The notes: generated by a model from the letters alone, not told the origin. 64,000 nucleotides of DNA from Angustibacter luteus (GCF_039541115.1 NZ_BAABFP010000002.1:558001-622000), one strand, 5' to 3'. Shown: positions 18,394-28,323, counted from the stretch's first letter. Numbers and translations are program-made.

Positions 18394-21300
18394 TCACGCG
18401 CTCAGCGGGCCAGCTCCACGACGTCGGCCGAGGATCCGGACGGCCACTCCCACCGCCGCCACGAGCAGGCCGGCGACCGCTGCGACGGCCGGCAGCGAGG
18501 TGGGGATACCCAGGTACACGGTGATGCCCAGGATGCGCGACAGTCCCCACGGCAGCAACGCCATCTGGTCGTTCCACACGGTCAGCGCCCGCTCGAGACC
18601 GATCGCGGCGACGGCTCCGGCCACCACCGCGAGGGTGAGCCCGGCGGCGGCGGCGACGGTGCCGCCCGCACCGCCGCGCAGCAGTCCGTACCGGTGTCGC
18701 AGCACCGTCGCGGCGACCACGAACACCCAGCAGAACGCGGCGAACGCGACCGTGACGTAGGCGAACCGGGAGACCGGGTCGGTCCAGAAGCCGAACCAGT
18801 AGCGCCCCGGCCCCCGGACCGCCAGGGCCGCCAGCAGCAGCACCGTGCGCAGCACCGCGACGCCGCCCAGGGCCGCCCACAGGTGGAACGGGTCGCGCCC
18901 GCGCACCGCCCAGCGCAGGAGCGCCGCGAACAGCGACCAGGCGCCCAGGGTCACCACCAGGTGGGCCGGGGCGGCGAACCAGGTGAAGGCCGTCCGGCTC
19001 AGCACCAGGGCCGCAGCCGGCAGCGCCCACACCAGCACCCGGTCGACCCGGCCCGGCGGCGACGGCAGAGCGGCCAGTCGCCACGGACGGGTCACGGTGA
19101 CGAACAGGGCCCGCAACGCGACGGCGCCCGGCGCCTGACCGCGCCGGAGCACCCGCTGCCCGACGGGCGATCCCAGACCCAGCGCCAGCAGCAGCAGGAC
19201 GAGCAGACCCCGGGCGGTCCAGGCCATGGCCAGGTCCCGGTCGGCCCGCTCGCTGCCCAGGTCGGCGGCCGTGAAGTTGTACGCCGGCAGGTCGACGTCG
19301 CCCTGGTAGCGGGCGACGTGCTGGGCCCGGGCCGCCCGGTAGCGCCGCTCCGCGGCCCGCCACTGGCGGTAGGCGGTCGCGCTCCCGGTGTCCAGCCACT
19401 GCGCGTGGCGCAGCACCGTCGTCCGGTATGCGGCCAGCGTGCGGAGCAGGTCGGTCTCGTAGTCGAGGGAGTCGACCATCGACCGGTACAGCTCCGGGGA
19501 GTGCCACGTGGCGGGGTCGGTACCGGCCACCTGGTCGCGCATCGCGGCAGCGGTGTCCGCGGCCCGCTCGCCGTCGGCGATGGCCGACTCGAGGTCGTCG
19601 CGGCTGACCGCGTAGATGCTGTCCAGCGCGGCCGAGTCGCCGGTCACGATGTCCCACTCGAAGATCCACATCATCGGCGGCGGTGCCAGCCCGAGGGCCT
19701 TGACGCTCTTGTCGGCGTACGGGCCGATGTACAACCCCCGCGTGATCGCCTCGCGCGAGCGGGCCAGCGCCGCGCTGACGGCCGCCGCCGTCGCCGGGTC
19801 GGCCGACAGCACCTGCCGGACCCAGTCCGCGGTGATCTGGGCCGGGTCCGCTGCGGGGTTCCAGGCCAGCCGGGCGACGCCGTACGAGTTGAGGTCGTAG
19901 AGCTGCCAGAAGCCGGTGCGCAGGTACAACGTCATCGGCCCGGCGCGCAGCGGGCCGCCGTCCTGGGTCCAGTTCCAGACGCCTTCCACGTGCGGGTTGG
20001 CGTCCAGGAAGTGCTGCAACGCCTGCTGGTCCTCGGCCACCAGGTCGTTGGGGAGGGCGCCGAACCCCTCGAACTCGCGCCGCGCCTGGAACTCGACGAT
20101 GCGGCGTTGGGCGCCGAGGTCCAGCGTGGGGTTGAGCGGCAGGTGGCTGTAGAAGTCCCCCATCGTGTACTTGGTGGAGACCACGAGGTGCGGGTCGTCG
20201 ATCCCACCCAGGACCGCCTCGTACGAGCGGGGGTTGGTGTGCAGGTCGCCCACCGCACCGACGCCGACGGTCCAGCTGCGGAAGATCAGGTCGCGGTCGT
20301 ACGTCCCGGCGGTCTGCAGCAGCGCCTCCAGCATCGCCCGGACCGAGGCCGCGCTGGTCACCGCGAGCCGGGACGAGTAGTCCCAGCCCGCCTGGTACAC
20401 CGCGCCGCCCTCGCCGATCCGCACCATCAGCCCGGCCACGAACGGCATCTGCTCGAAGAGCTCCGACAGGCCGGCCTGGTAGACCGACCACAGCGCCGGG
20501 TCCTCCACGTCCAAACCACCGACCGTGCGGTCCAGGTACGCCTCGAGCGGCGGCGAGACCGCGAGCATGTCGGTCATCAGGTACACCCGCATGCCCATGT
20601 CGTGCGCGTACTGGAACACGGGCCCGAAGGCGGCGACCATGGCCCGGGCGCGCTCGACGTGCGAGTCACCGGCCGGGTAGACGTCGTGGCCGTCGCCCAC
20701 GCCGCTGAACGTGACGTACTCGAGGAACCCGGGGACGACCACGCCGTTGTAGCCCTGGCGCAGCGCGTGCTGGACCAGCTGGCGGAACTGCCCATCGATC
20801 CGCGCGACGGCCGCCGCGTCCACCCAGGGCGCCCGCGGGAGTACCGCCCCGGCGACGACGTCGGTGTTCAAGGAGTAGTCCGTGCCCGCGGCGAAGGCGG
20901 CCGGGTCGGCCTCGCGACCCACCGAGCCCGAGTCGACCAGGCGCATCCCGAGCCGGGGACCCTGCACCACCCCGTTCGTGGCGGCGGTGACGACGGCTGC
21001 GCTCGACCGGATCCGGTCGGCCACGGCGTACAGGCCCGCGGCGGCACCGGCCGGGTCGGCCGCCTCGAGGACGTACCGGCCCTGGTCCTCGCTGACCCGG
21101 AACGACTCCGACCCGGCACCGACGGCCGCTCCCAGCTGGACGACGAGGTCGGCGCCCGCCGGATCGTTGGTGCTGACGGTGGGGGCGGGCAGACCCCGCG
21201 CGGTGAGGGCGTCCGAGACCGCAGTGGCGGCCAGGACGACCCGCTCCCCCGCCGGGATCACGATCCGGGTGATCCGCGGTGCCGGGACCGGCGGCGTCAC

Positions 21301-21447
21301 GTCGCGGGTCAGCGACACCGGCGCCGGCGTGGAGGACGGGGTGAAGCTGAGGCCGAGCGCCTGCCCGAGCCCAGCGGCGACGACAGCACCAAGGAGCAGC
21401 ACGACGAGTGCCGCCACGAGCGACGGCCAGGCCCGAGGTGCCGGCAC
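18394..21447 (-). CDS. Large membrane protein with glycoside-hydrolase-like extracellular domain
   Basis: N-terminal TM; ESFRV..YVLEAADPAGAAAGLY (GH20/GH67 N-domain-like); barrel-like core; about 8 C-terminal hydrophobic segments. Confidence 0.7.
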   Translation of the reverse strand: MPAPRAWPSLVAALVVLLLGAVVAAGLGQALGLSFTPSSTPAPVSLTRDVTPPVPAPRITRIVIPAGERVVLAATAVSDALTARGLPAPTVSTNDPAGADLVVQLGAAVGAGSESFRVSEDQGRYVLEAADPAGAAAGLYAVADRIRSSAAVVTAATNGVVQGPRLGMRLVDSGSVGREADPAAFAAGTDYSLNTDVVAGAVLPRAPWVDAAAVARIDGQFRQLVQHALRQGYNGVVVPGFLEYVTFSGVGDGHDVYPAGDSHVERARAMVAAFGPVFQYAHDMGMRVYLMTDMLAVSPPLEAYLDRTVGGLDVEDPALWSVYQAGLSELFEQMPFVAGLMVRIGEGGAVYQAGWDYSSRLAVTSAASVRAMLEALLQTAGTYDRDLIFRSWTVGVGAVGDLHTNPRSYEAVLGGIDDPHLVVSTKYTMGDFYSHLPLNPTLDLGAQRRIVEFQARREFEGFGALPNDLVAEDQQALQHFLDANPHVEGVWNWTQDGGPLRAGPMTLYLRTGFWQLYDLNSYGVARLAWNPAADPAQITADWVRQVLSADPATAAAVSAALARSREAITRGLYIGPYADKSVKALGLAPPPMMWIFEWDIVTGDSAALDSIYAVSRDDLESAIADGERAADTAAAMRDQVAGTDPATWHSPELYRSMVDSLDYETDLLRTLAAYRTTVLRHAQWLDTGSATAYRQWRAAERRYRAARAQHVARYQGDVDLPAYNFTAADLGSERADRDLAMAWTARGLLVLLLLALGLGSPVGQRVLRRGQAPGAVALRALFVTVTRPWRLAALPSPPGRVDRVLVWALPAAALVLSRTAFTWFAAPAHLVVTLGAWSLFAALLRWAVRGRDPFHLWAALGGVAVLRTVLLLAALAVRGPGRYWFGFWTDPVSRFAYVTVAFAAFCWVFVVAATVLRHRYGLLRGGAGGTVAAAAGLTLAVVAGAVAAIGLERALTVWNDQMALLPWGLSRILGITVYLGIPTSLPAVAAVAGLLVAAVGVAVRILGRRRGAGPLSA

Positions 21448-21465
21448 CGCGCTACGTCTTTCGGG

Positions 21466-21963
21466 TCAACGTCGATGACCGAGCTCGAGGACGTCGTCCA
21501 GCTCGCTGACGTCGTACCAGAGCAGCTCGTACCCCGCCGCCTGGTCGACGGTGAACTGCGCGTCGTCGTCTCCGGCATCGGCCGCGTCCAACGCCTCGAC
21601 CGCCTGCCGCACGTCGGCTTCGGCCTCCGCGTCGTCCACGTGCAGGCTGGCGACGGCGGACACCAGGACGTCCACCGAGACGGACACCGCCGACCGACCG
21701 CCGTCGTGCGGGCGGACCGCCGCGTCCGGGACGTCGGCCGCGACCACCACGCGCTTGCGCACCGCCGCCGGGTCGGCCCGGAGCAGCGCCAGGCTGGCCC
21801 GCGCGGCCTCGTCGTTCGCGGCGTACTCGAGCTCGTCGGCGTCGCCGTCGGCGTACCACTCGCGCAGCTCGCCGGTCACCGCGTGCGCGGCGACGGGTGC
21901 CGGGAAACCGTTGCCGCGCAACGCCTGCAGCCCCACCAGCGTGGTCGGGACGTAGATCCGCAT
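21466..21963 (-). CDS. Conserved actinobacterial hypothetical protein (DUF6912-like)
   Basis: MRIYVPTT, AHAVT..LRE, DELEYAA, RVVVAAD, SLHVD, LLWYDVSEL. Confidence 0.85.
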   Translation of the reverse strand: MRIYVPTTLVGLQALRGNGFPAPVAAHAVTGELREWYADGDADELEYAANDEAARASLALLRADPAAVRKRVVVAADVPDAAVRPHDGGRSAVSVSVDVLVSAVASLHVDDAEAEADVRQAVEALDAADAGDDDAQFTVDQAAGYELLWYDVSELDDVLELGHRR

Positions 21964-23027
21964 CAGTCGCCGACCGCCCGCCGGGTCACCTGGGCGGGCG
22001 CGTGCTCGGACGTCGACTCGCCGTCCAGGTCGGCGGTGTCGCCGGCCGACTGCTGGGCCGCGCTGAGCCGCTCGGGCAGCGCCTCCAACGACTCCGGGTC
22101 GTTCAACGCCTCGGCGGACGTCCGCAGCGACGTCTCCAGGACGGCGCGGCGCCGGCCGACGTCCATCAGGTTGCCGCCGATGGCCTCGAGGTCCTCCGGG
22201 CCCGGGCCGATCACGGTGACCTCCGCGCCGCCGGCGTGCACCTTGGCCACCTCGCGCAGGCACCGCCGGGTGACCCGCACCCGCCACTGCCGTTCCAGCC
22301 GGGTGGCCAGCGCCTCCGGCGAGTCCATCAGGAAGCTCACGGACGGCGCGATGACCCACACCTCGTCGAGCCCGGTCCCGGCCAGCAGGTCGACGCTCGT
22401 CGAGGAGCAGGCCCCGCCGTCCACGTACCGGTCCTCACCGATCCGCACCGGGCTGTACCAGCCGGGGATCGCGCAGGACGCCATGACCGCGTCGGCCAGA
22501 TCGGCCTCGGGGGCACCGTCCCGACCGAAGGCGACCCGGCGTCCGGTCTCGTAGTCCATGGTCACCACCTGCAGGCCAGACCGCGGCACCCAGCCGGACG
22601 GTACGACGTGCCGCAGCATCGCACCCACGCTGTCCAGCGAGCCGCGGCCCTCGGGCAGCAGCGCCGACAGGACCGCGGTCGGCGGGAGCCGCCGCAGGTG
22701 GCCCACGTTGCGGGCGATCAGTCCCGCGGACCCCAGCCCGGCCTTCGGCCGCGGTGGCCGCCCGCCCCCCGTCGCGGTCTCGTAGTCCCAGCTGAACCCA
22801 AGGAGCGGTCCCGTGGTCAGCTCCTCCCCGACCTGGTGGGTGCGCAGCTCCGCCACACTCACCCCGGCGGCCAGCAGCGATCCGATGACCGACCCCGCCG
22901 ACGTCCCCACGATGGCCTCGCACTCGCGCAGGTCCACGTCCAGGTGCTGCTCCAGCGCGCTCAGCGCCCCCACCATCCAGGCGGCGCCCAGGACCCCACC
23001 ACCGCCCAGGACCAGCCCGCGCCTCAT
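21963..23027 (-). CDS. Patatin-like phospholipase
   Basis: LGGGG, GTSAG (GxSxG), ASCAIP, YVDGG. Confidence 0.93.
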   Translation of the reverse strand: MRRGLVLGGGGVLGAAWMVGALSALEQHLDVDLRECEAIVGTSAGSVIGSLLAAGVSVAELRTHQVGEELTTGPLLGFSWDYETATGGGRPPRPKAGLGSAGLIARNVGHLRRLPPTAVLSALLPEGRGSLDSVGAMLRHVVPSGWVPRSGLQVVTMDYETGRRVAFGRDGAPEADLADAVMASCAIPGWYSPVRIGEDRYVDGGACSSTSVDLLAGTGLDEVWVIAPSVSFLMDSPEALATRLERQWRVRVTRRCLREVAKVHAGGAEVTVIGPGPEDLEAIGGNLMDVGRRRAVLETSLRTSAEALNDPESLEALPERLSAAQQSAGDTADLDGESTSEHAPAQVTRRAVGD

Positions 23028-24442
23028 CGAGCGGTGTCCCGCAGCTCGGCGAGCGCGTCCACCAGGCACTGGGCCAGCACGTCCACGTCCGGCATCGCGT
23101 CCCGGTCGCCGTTGACGCCGTAGTAGACGCCGCCGTCGTAGGAGGTCAGGCCGATGCTGACGGCCTGGCGCTTGGCCAGCGGCATCACGGGGTAGCTGGC
23201 CAGCATCCGCGCGCCGGCCGCGTACAGCGGGTGCTGCGGTCCGGGGACGTTGGTGACCATGAGGTTGAAGACCCGCCGGGACGCCGCGCTGGCCACCCGG
23301 GCGCCGAGGGAGTGCAAGGTGGGCGGGGCGAAGCCGGCGATGCCGACCAGGGTGTCCGCGCTGACCGCGTCACCGACCTCCGCCTGGGCCCGCATCGAGT
23401 ACGAGATCTGGTGCAGGCGGACCGCCGGGTTCGGCTCCCCCACCGGCAGGTCGACCACGAACGCCTTGACCCGGCTGCCCGTGCGCGGGGTCATCTCCTC
23501 CTCGTCGGCCCGGACGCTGACCGGGACGAGCGCGCGCACCACGGTCGCCGGGACGACGGGCTCGCCCCGGGTCAGCAGCCACGCGCGCAGGGCGCCGGCG
23601 ACGGTGGCCAGGACGACGTCGTTGACGGTGATCTCACCCCGCCCGCGCCGGCTGTGCCGGGTGCGCACCTTGCGGTGGTCCTCCAGGGACGTCGCGACCA
23701 TGGCCCAGCGACGCTGCTCGCCGATGTCCACGTTGAGCGGGCTGGTCGGGGCCGGGCGGGCGGCGGTGCGCGCCGCGGCGGACAGCAGGTGCCCGACCTG
23801 GCCGAGCACCCGCCCGGCGCTGGCCCGCAGGTCGTGCGCACCGCCCTCGAACGCCTCGATCGCCGCGCCAGGACTGCGCACGGCGTCGGCGACCGCCGAG
23901 ACCACGAGCTCGGCGTCGGTCGGCTCCTTGGACGGCTGCCAGGTGTCGGCCGCGGGCTCGGGGGTGGCCGCGCTCGCGTCCAGGATGACCTGGGAGATGT
24001 CGACGGCACTGATCCCGTCGACCAGCGCCTGGTGGGTCTTGGTGAGCAGCGCGAAGCGGCCCTTGTCCAGGCCCTCGACGAGGTAGACCTCCCACAGCGG
24101 TCGCGCCCGGTCGAGCGGACGCGACTGCACCCGGGCCACGAGCTCGCTGAGCTGCTCGTCCGAGCCCGGCCGCGGCAGCCCTGACCGGCGCACGTGGTAC
24201 GTCAGGTCGAAGGCCTCGTCGTCCACCCAGACCGGGTTGGCGAGGCGGCCGGGGACGGTCCGGATCCGCTGGCGGTAGCGCGGCACGTAGGCGATCCGCG
24301 CCGCGACCAGGCGCAGCAGCCGGTCGTAGTCGAAGCCGTCGTCCGGTGGCGTGAAGATCGCCACCGAGCCGACGTGCATCGCCGTCGTCGGTTCCTCCAG
24401 GTAGAGGAACGACGCGTCGAGGGCGCTCAGCCGGTCCGGCAC
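23024..24442 (-). CDS. Wax ester synthase / diacylglycerol acyltransferase (WS/DGAT)
   Basis: LSALDASFL, MHVG, PLDRARPLWE, HQALVDG, TVNDVVLA, TNVPGP. Confidence 0.93.
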   Translation of the reverse strand: MPDRLSALDASFLYLEEPTTAMHVGSVAIFTPPDDGFDYDRLLRLVAARIAYVPRYRQRIRTVPGRLANPVWVDDEAFDLTYHVRRSGLPRPGSDEQLSELVARVQSRPLDRARPLWEVYLVEGLDKGRFALLTKTHQALVDGISAVDISQVILDASAATPEPAADTWQPSKEPTDAELVVSAVADAVRSPGAAIEAFEGGAHDLRASAGRVLGQVGHLLSAAARTAARPAPTSPLNVDIGEQRRWAMVATSLEDHRKVRTRHSRRGRGEITVNDVVLATVAGALRAWLLTRGEPVVPATVVRALVPVSVRADEEEMTPRTGSRVKAFVVDLPVGEPNPAVRLHQISYSMRAQAEVGDAVSADTLVGIAGFAPPTLHSLGARVASAASRRVFNLMVTNVPGPQHPLYAAGARMLASYPVMPLAKRQAVSIGLTSYDGGVYYGVNGDRDAMPDVDVLAQCLVDALAELRDTAR

Positions 24443-24480
24443 CCACTCATCGTGCCACTAGCGACACCTACACTGCTGGT

Positions 24481-24945
24481 ATGCCTAGGACCTGGCGGCG
24501 TGCCGCCCGCTGCACCGTTGCGCCCGCGAGCGCCCTGCTCGTCGTCGTGGCGCTGTCCGCGTGCAGCTCCGGCGATGACGCGAGCGCGCCCACGTCGTCC
24601 GCCACGGCCACGGTCCCGACCTCCGAGAGTGCGTCCCCGAGCGGGTCGGCGAGCCCCTCGCCGACCCCCTCGCCGACCGCCTCGGTGAAGACGATCGAGA
24701 TCACGGTCAACGGCAAGGACGTCACGCCGGCGCCGGCCCGGGTGAAGATCGCGCCGGGCGAGACGCTGCGGCTGGTGGTGACCGCGGACCACGACGACGA
24801 GCTGCACGCGCACGGCTTCGACGTCGAGAAGGAGCTGAAGGCGGGGGTGCCGACGGCGGTCGACCTGGTCACCGACGAGCCGGGGCTGTACGAGGTCGAG
24901 ACCCACCACCCCGAGCTGCGGCTGCTCCAGGTGCAGGTGGGGTGA
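24481..24945 (+). CDS. Lipoprotein with cupredoxin-like His-rich domain
   Basis: Lipobox LSAC, S/P/T linker, DHDDELHAHGFD, PGLYEVETHH. Confidence 0.75.
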   Translation: MPRTWRRAARCTVAPASALLVVVALSACSSGDDASAPTSSATATVPTSESASPSGSASPSPTPSPTASVKTIEITVNGKDVTPAPARVKIAPGETLRLVVTADHDDELHAHGFDVEKELKAGVPTAVDLVTDEPGLYEVETHHPELRLLQVQVG

Positions 24946-26276
24946 GGTCCTCCGCGCCGGGTGCGCTGCTCGCGCACGGGGTCGGCAGCCGCCAGGACCT
25001 CCCGCTGCCGTTCGAGCTCGCGGTAGCGGGCGCGGCGGCCGCCCTGGTCGTCTCGTTCGTGCTGCTGGCAGTGCTGTGGCGGGAGCCGCGGATCGACGGC
25101 GCGCGGGCTGGACGCCCGCTGCCACGCTGGCTGGCGCTGGTGCTGGACTCGCGGCTGACCCGGACGCTGCTGGCGGCCGTAGGCGCGGTGGTGACGCTGT
25201 ACGTGCTGGTGCCGTTGCTGTTCGGCAAGGACGACGCGGACAACCCGGTGCCGTTCGTGGTGTTCGTGCTGCTCTGGGTCGGGCTGGTACCGCTGTCGGT
25301 GCTGTTCGGTCCGGTGTGGCGGCGGCTGAACCCGTTGCGGCACCTGCACTCCGGGGTGCTGCGGCTGGCCCGGCTGGACCCGGGCGAGGGAGCGCTGCCG
25401 CTGCCCGCGGGCATCGGGTACTGGCCGGCCGCGGTCGGTCTGCTGGCGTTCACCTGGCTGGAGCTGGTGGCGCCGGACAACGCGACCCTGCCGGTGCTGC
25501 GGCTGGCCATCACCCTCTACGCGGCCGTGCAGCTCCTGGCCGGGTTCGTGTTCGGCTCGCACTGGTTCGACCGCGGGGACGCCTTCGAGGTGTGGTCGGC
25601 GCTGTTCGGGCGGTTGAGCGTGTTCGGACGGCGGGACGACGGGGTGCTCGTGGTGCGCTCGCCGCTGGCCGGGCTGGACGCGCTGCGTCCCGCGCCGGGG
25701 CTGGTCGCGACCGTCGCGGTGATGCTCGGGACGACGGCCTACGACGGGGCGTCGAACGCGCCGCGGTGGTTCACGTTCGTGCAGAGCTCGCCGGTGCCGC
25801 AGGTGCTGACGAAGACCGGTGGCCTGGTGCTCGTGGTCGCGCTGGTGGGCCTGCTGTTCACCGTGGCGACGGCGCTGGCCGGGCGGATCGGCGGCGCGGC
25901 GCCGTCCGCGATGCCCCGGCAGTTCGCGCACTCGCTGGTGCCGGTCGCGCTGGGCTACGTGGTCGCGCACTACTGGTCCCTGCTGGTCCTGGAGGGCCAG
26001 AACGCCTTCATCCTGCTCAGCGACCCGCTGGGTGACGGCGGGAACTGGCTGGGGCTCAGCGACCGGGCCCCGAACGCGGCCCTGCTGACCCCGCACCTGG
26101 TGGCGACGGTGCAGGTGTGTGCGATCGTGCTCGGCCATGTCGTGGGGGTGGTGCTGGCGCACGACCGGGCGGTGCGGCTGTTCCCGCGCCGGCACGCCCT
26201 GGTCGGTCAGCTGCCGCTGTTGGCGCTGATGGTGACGTACACCTGCGGCGGGCTGTTCCTGCTGTTCGCCGCCTGA
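24942..26276 (+). CDS. Multi-pass membrane protein (FedB-like, uncharacterised)
   Basis: LAHG..RQDLPLP, about 11 TMs, HSLVP..AHY, GHVVGVVLAHD; start overlaps upstream stop (GTGA). Confidence 0.8.
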   Translation: MRSSAPGALLAHGVGSRQDLPLPFELAVAGAAAALVVSFVLLAVLWREPRIDGARAGRPLPRWLALVLDSRLTRTLLAAVGAVVTLYVLVPLLFGKDDADNPVPFVVFVLLWVGLVPLSVLFGPVWRRLNPLRHLHSGVLRLARLDPGEGALPLPAGIGYWPAAVGLLAFTWLELVAPDNATLPVLRLAITLYAAVQLLAGFVFGSHWFDRGDAFEVWSALFGRLSVFGRRDDGVLVVRSPLAGLDALRPAPGLVATVAVMLGTTAYDGASNAPRWFTFVQSSPVPQVLTKTGGLVLVVALVGLLFTVATALAGRIGGAAPSAMPRQFAHSLVPVALGYVVAHYWSLLVLEGQNAFILLSDPLGDGGNWLGLSDRAPNAALLTPHLVATVQVCAIVLGHVVGVVLAHDRAVRLFPRRHALVGQLPLLALMVTYTCGGLFLLFAA

Positions 26277-27038
26277 CTAGCGGCCCGCGACCACCAGGTA
26301 CCCGTCGGCCTCGGGGTCGAAGGTGGTCGTCCCGACCGTGAGCCCGACGTCCGCCAGCTGCGCCACGAGCTCCTCGTACCGGAACGGCCAGATGGACAAC
26401 CGCTCCGAGCACGCCCGGACCGACCCGTCGGGCTCGAGCTGTGCGACGGCGATCTCCAGGTGGTGCTCTTGCTCCCACCGCTGCGCGATCTGCCAGGAGT
26501 AGGCGACGACCGCATCGCGCCCACGTCGGCGGACGACGCGGTCCCAGACGTCCAACCGGGAGCCGCGGGATCGCTCGAGCTCCCACGTGCGTGACGTGAG
26601 CACGAGGCGCCCGCCGGGATTCAGGAGCCGTGCCATCGCGGCCAGGGCGGCTGACCGGCCGGCCGCGCCCTCCGCATGCCCCAGCGAGTTGCCGACGCAG
26701 AAGACCAGGTCGAACGTGGAGTCGTCGAGGTGGTCCGGCAGCTCCTCCCAGGCGGCGTGCAGGGCCTGCAGCGGAGCACCCTCGTCGTCAGCCAGCTCCT
26801 GGGTCCGGCGGACCATCCCACCGCTGGCGTCGGCCGCGACCACGTCCAGGCCGAGCCCGGCGAGGCCCACCGCGAGCTGGCCGGTTCCACAGGCGCAGTC
26901 GAGGACGCGCGCGCCGGGTGGCAGCGACGTCAAGAGGTCACTGAAGGCCGCGGCTGCCCCGGCCGGCGTCATCTTGGCGTCCGGGATCAGCCACTCGTAC
27001 ACGTCGGGGAGCGACCCGTAACCGGCCAGCGTGACCAC
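26277..27038 (-). CDS. Class I SAM-dependent methyltransferase
   Basis: VLDCACGTG, ADAS, FDLVFCVGNSLGH, LNPGG. Confidence 0.9.
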   Translation of the reverse strand: MVTLAGYGSLPDVYEWLIPDAKMTPAGAAAAFSDLLTSLPPGARVLDCACGTGQLAVGLAGLGLDVVAADASGGMVRRTQELADDEGAPLQALHAAWEELPDHLDDSTFDLVFCVGNSLGHAEGAAGRSAALAAMARLLNPGGRLVLTSRTWELERSRGSRLDVWDRVVRRRGRDAVVAYSWQIAQRWEQEHHLEIAVAQLEPDGSVRACSERLSIWPFRYEELVAQLADVGLTVGTTTFDPEADGYLVVAGR

Positions 27039-27132
27039 CTCCGAGAACTGAGCCCTGCATCGGCAGCCAACCATCCCCGGTCCCGCTACCTCCATCGGAT
27101 TTCCGACGGCCGCCGCTTGCCTCGGTCGCGCG

Positions 27133-27837
27133 TCAGGCGTCCGGGCCCAGGTCGAGCTCGAAGACGGCCTCGAGCTCGAGCCGGGTCTGGTCGTAGGACT
27201 CGTGCAGCACCCCGACCATGCCGACCTCGACGGCGGCGCGGATGTTCGGGGACAGGTCGTCGACCATCACGGCCTGGGCCGGGTCGAGGTCGATCAGCGC
27301 GAGGGTGTGCTGGTAGATCCGGTGCTCGGGCTTGCGCATGCCGACCTCGCCGGAGATGACGACGGCGTCGAAGATCGTGTCCCAGCCCTCGCGCGGGTAG
27401 TCGTTGCCCCAGGAGTTCGACAGCAGGGCGGTGCGCAGCCCCTGTGCCTTGGCCCGGCGCACCAGGCCGATCATGGACTCCTCGACCAGCTCGAGCCCGG
27501 CGAACATCCGGCCGAGCAGGCCCTCCGCCCGCACCGTCGAGCCGTGCTCCGAGAGCGCCGCCGCGAGGCGCTGCTCGAACTCGGGCACCTCGAGCTCGCC
27601 GCGCTCGAGGGCGTGCACGGGGTTGACTGCCGGGTCGACCGCGTCCGGCCCGATCCAGGTGCGCAGCGCGGCCAGGTAGTGCCCGTAGTCGATGCCCTCG
27701 GCGGCGGCCCAGTCCGTGAAGGCGTCGGCGATCCCCGCAGTCAGCACGCCACCCCAGTCGACCACGAGACCGATCGGTCGCTCGGACGCCGACCCCTGGG
27801 CTCGCGCTGGCTGTGTCGAGTCGGTCGGGGCGGCCAC
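27133..27837 (-). CDS. HAD-family hydrolase
   Basis: DWGGVL, LLSNSW, GMRKP, MVDD. Confidence 0.92.
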   Translation of the reverse strand: MAAPTDSTQPARAQGSASERPIGLVVDWGGVLTAGIADAFTDWAAAEGIDYGHYLAALRTWIGPDAVDPAVNPVHALERGELEVPEFEQRLAAALSEHGSTVRAEGLLGRMFAGLELVEESMIGLVRRAKAQGLRTALLSNSWGNDYPREGWDTIFDAVVISGEVGMRKPEHRIYQHTLALIDLDPAQAVMVDDLSPNIRAAVEVGMVGVLHESYDQTRLELEAVFELDLGPDA

Positions 27838-27846
27838 GGCGCCATC

Positions 27847-28323
27847 CTAGGCGGCTCCCTCGGGACGAGAGCTGGACGACCACGACATCGAGGTGTAGCC
27901 GGCCACTGCCTCGAAGCCCGCGTCGGCGTAGAGGTCCCGGGCGGTCCTGTTGTCTGCCTCCGTCACCAGCGACACCCGGTTCGCGCCGTGCGCCTGGGCG
28001 GCACTGCACACGCTGTTGACCAGGGCCTTGCCCACCCCGAGCCGACGGTGCTCAGGTGCGACGAAGAGGTCTCGCAGCTGCCAGAAGTGGCCAAGTCGCT
28101 GGGATGCTGGGGTCGGCGCGACCAGGGCGAGGCCGGCGGTCTCGGTCCCCAGCTTCGCGAGGAACCCGATCAGGGCGCCAGAGTCCAGCTGCTGCCGCAG
28201 CCACGTCCCGGACCCGGCGGGATCCGGCCGCTCGCCGTAGTGCTGTCGGTACTCGTCGAACAGACGCACCAGCTGCCCCGTCGGCGCGCTGACCTGGCTG
28301 ACGTCGATGCCTGGAGCGCTCAC
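27847..28323 (-). CDS. GNAT acetyltransferase
   Basis: LFDEYRQHYG, LRDLFVAPEHRRLGVGKAL, NRTARDLY..GF. Confidence 0.88.
   Translation of the reverse strand: MSAPGIDVSQVSAPTGQLVRLFDEYRQHYGERPDPAGSGTWLRQQLDSGALIGFLAKLGTETAGLALVAPTPASQRLGHFWQLRDLFVAPEHRRLGVGKALVNSVCSAAQAHGANRVSLVTEADNRTARDLYADAGFEAVAGYTSMSWSSSSRPEGAA

Noticed and set aside
15258..22554. 1088-aa and 1393-aa + strand ORFs
   Set aside because: Antisense shadows of the FAD oxidase, pruA and the GH-like gene; stop-poor frames are expected at this GC content and no motifs are visible
27081..27094. tcccgctacctcca resembling a tmRNA/tRNA 3' end (att remnant) upstream of the methyltransferase
   Set aside because: Too short and mismatched, with no T-loop and no integrase
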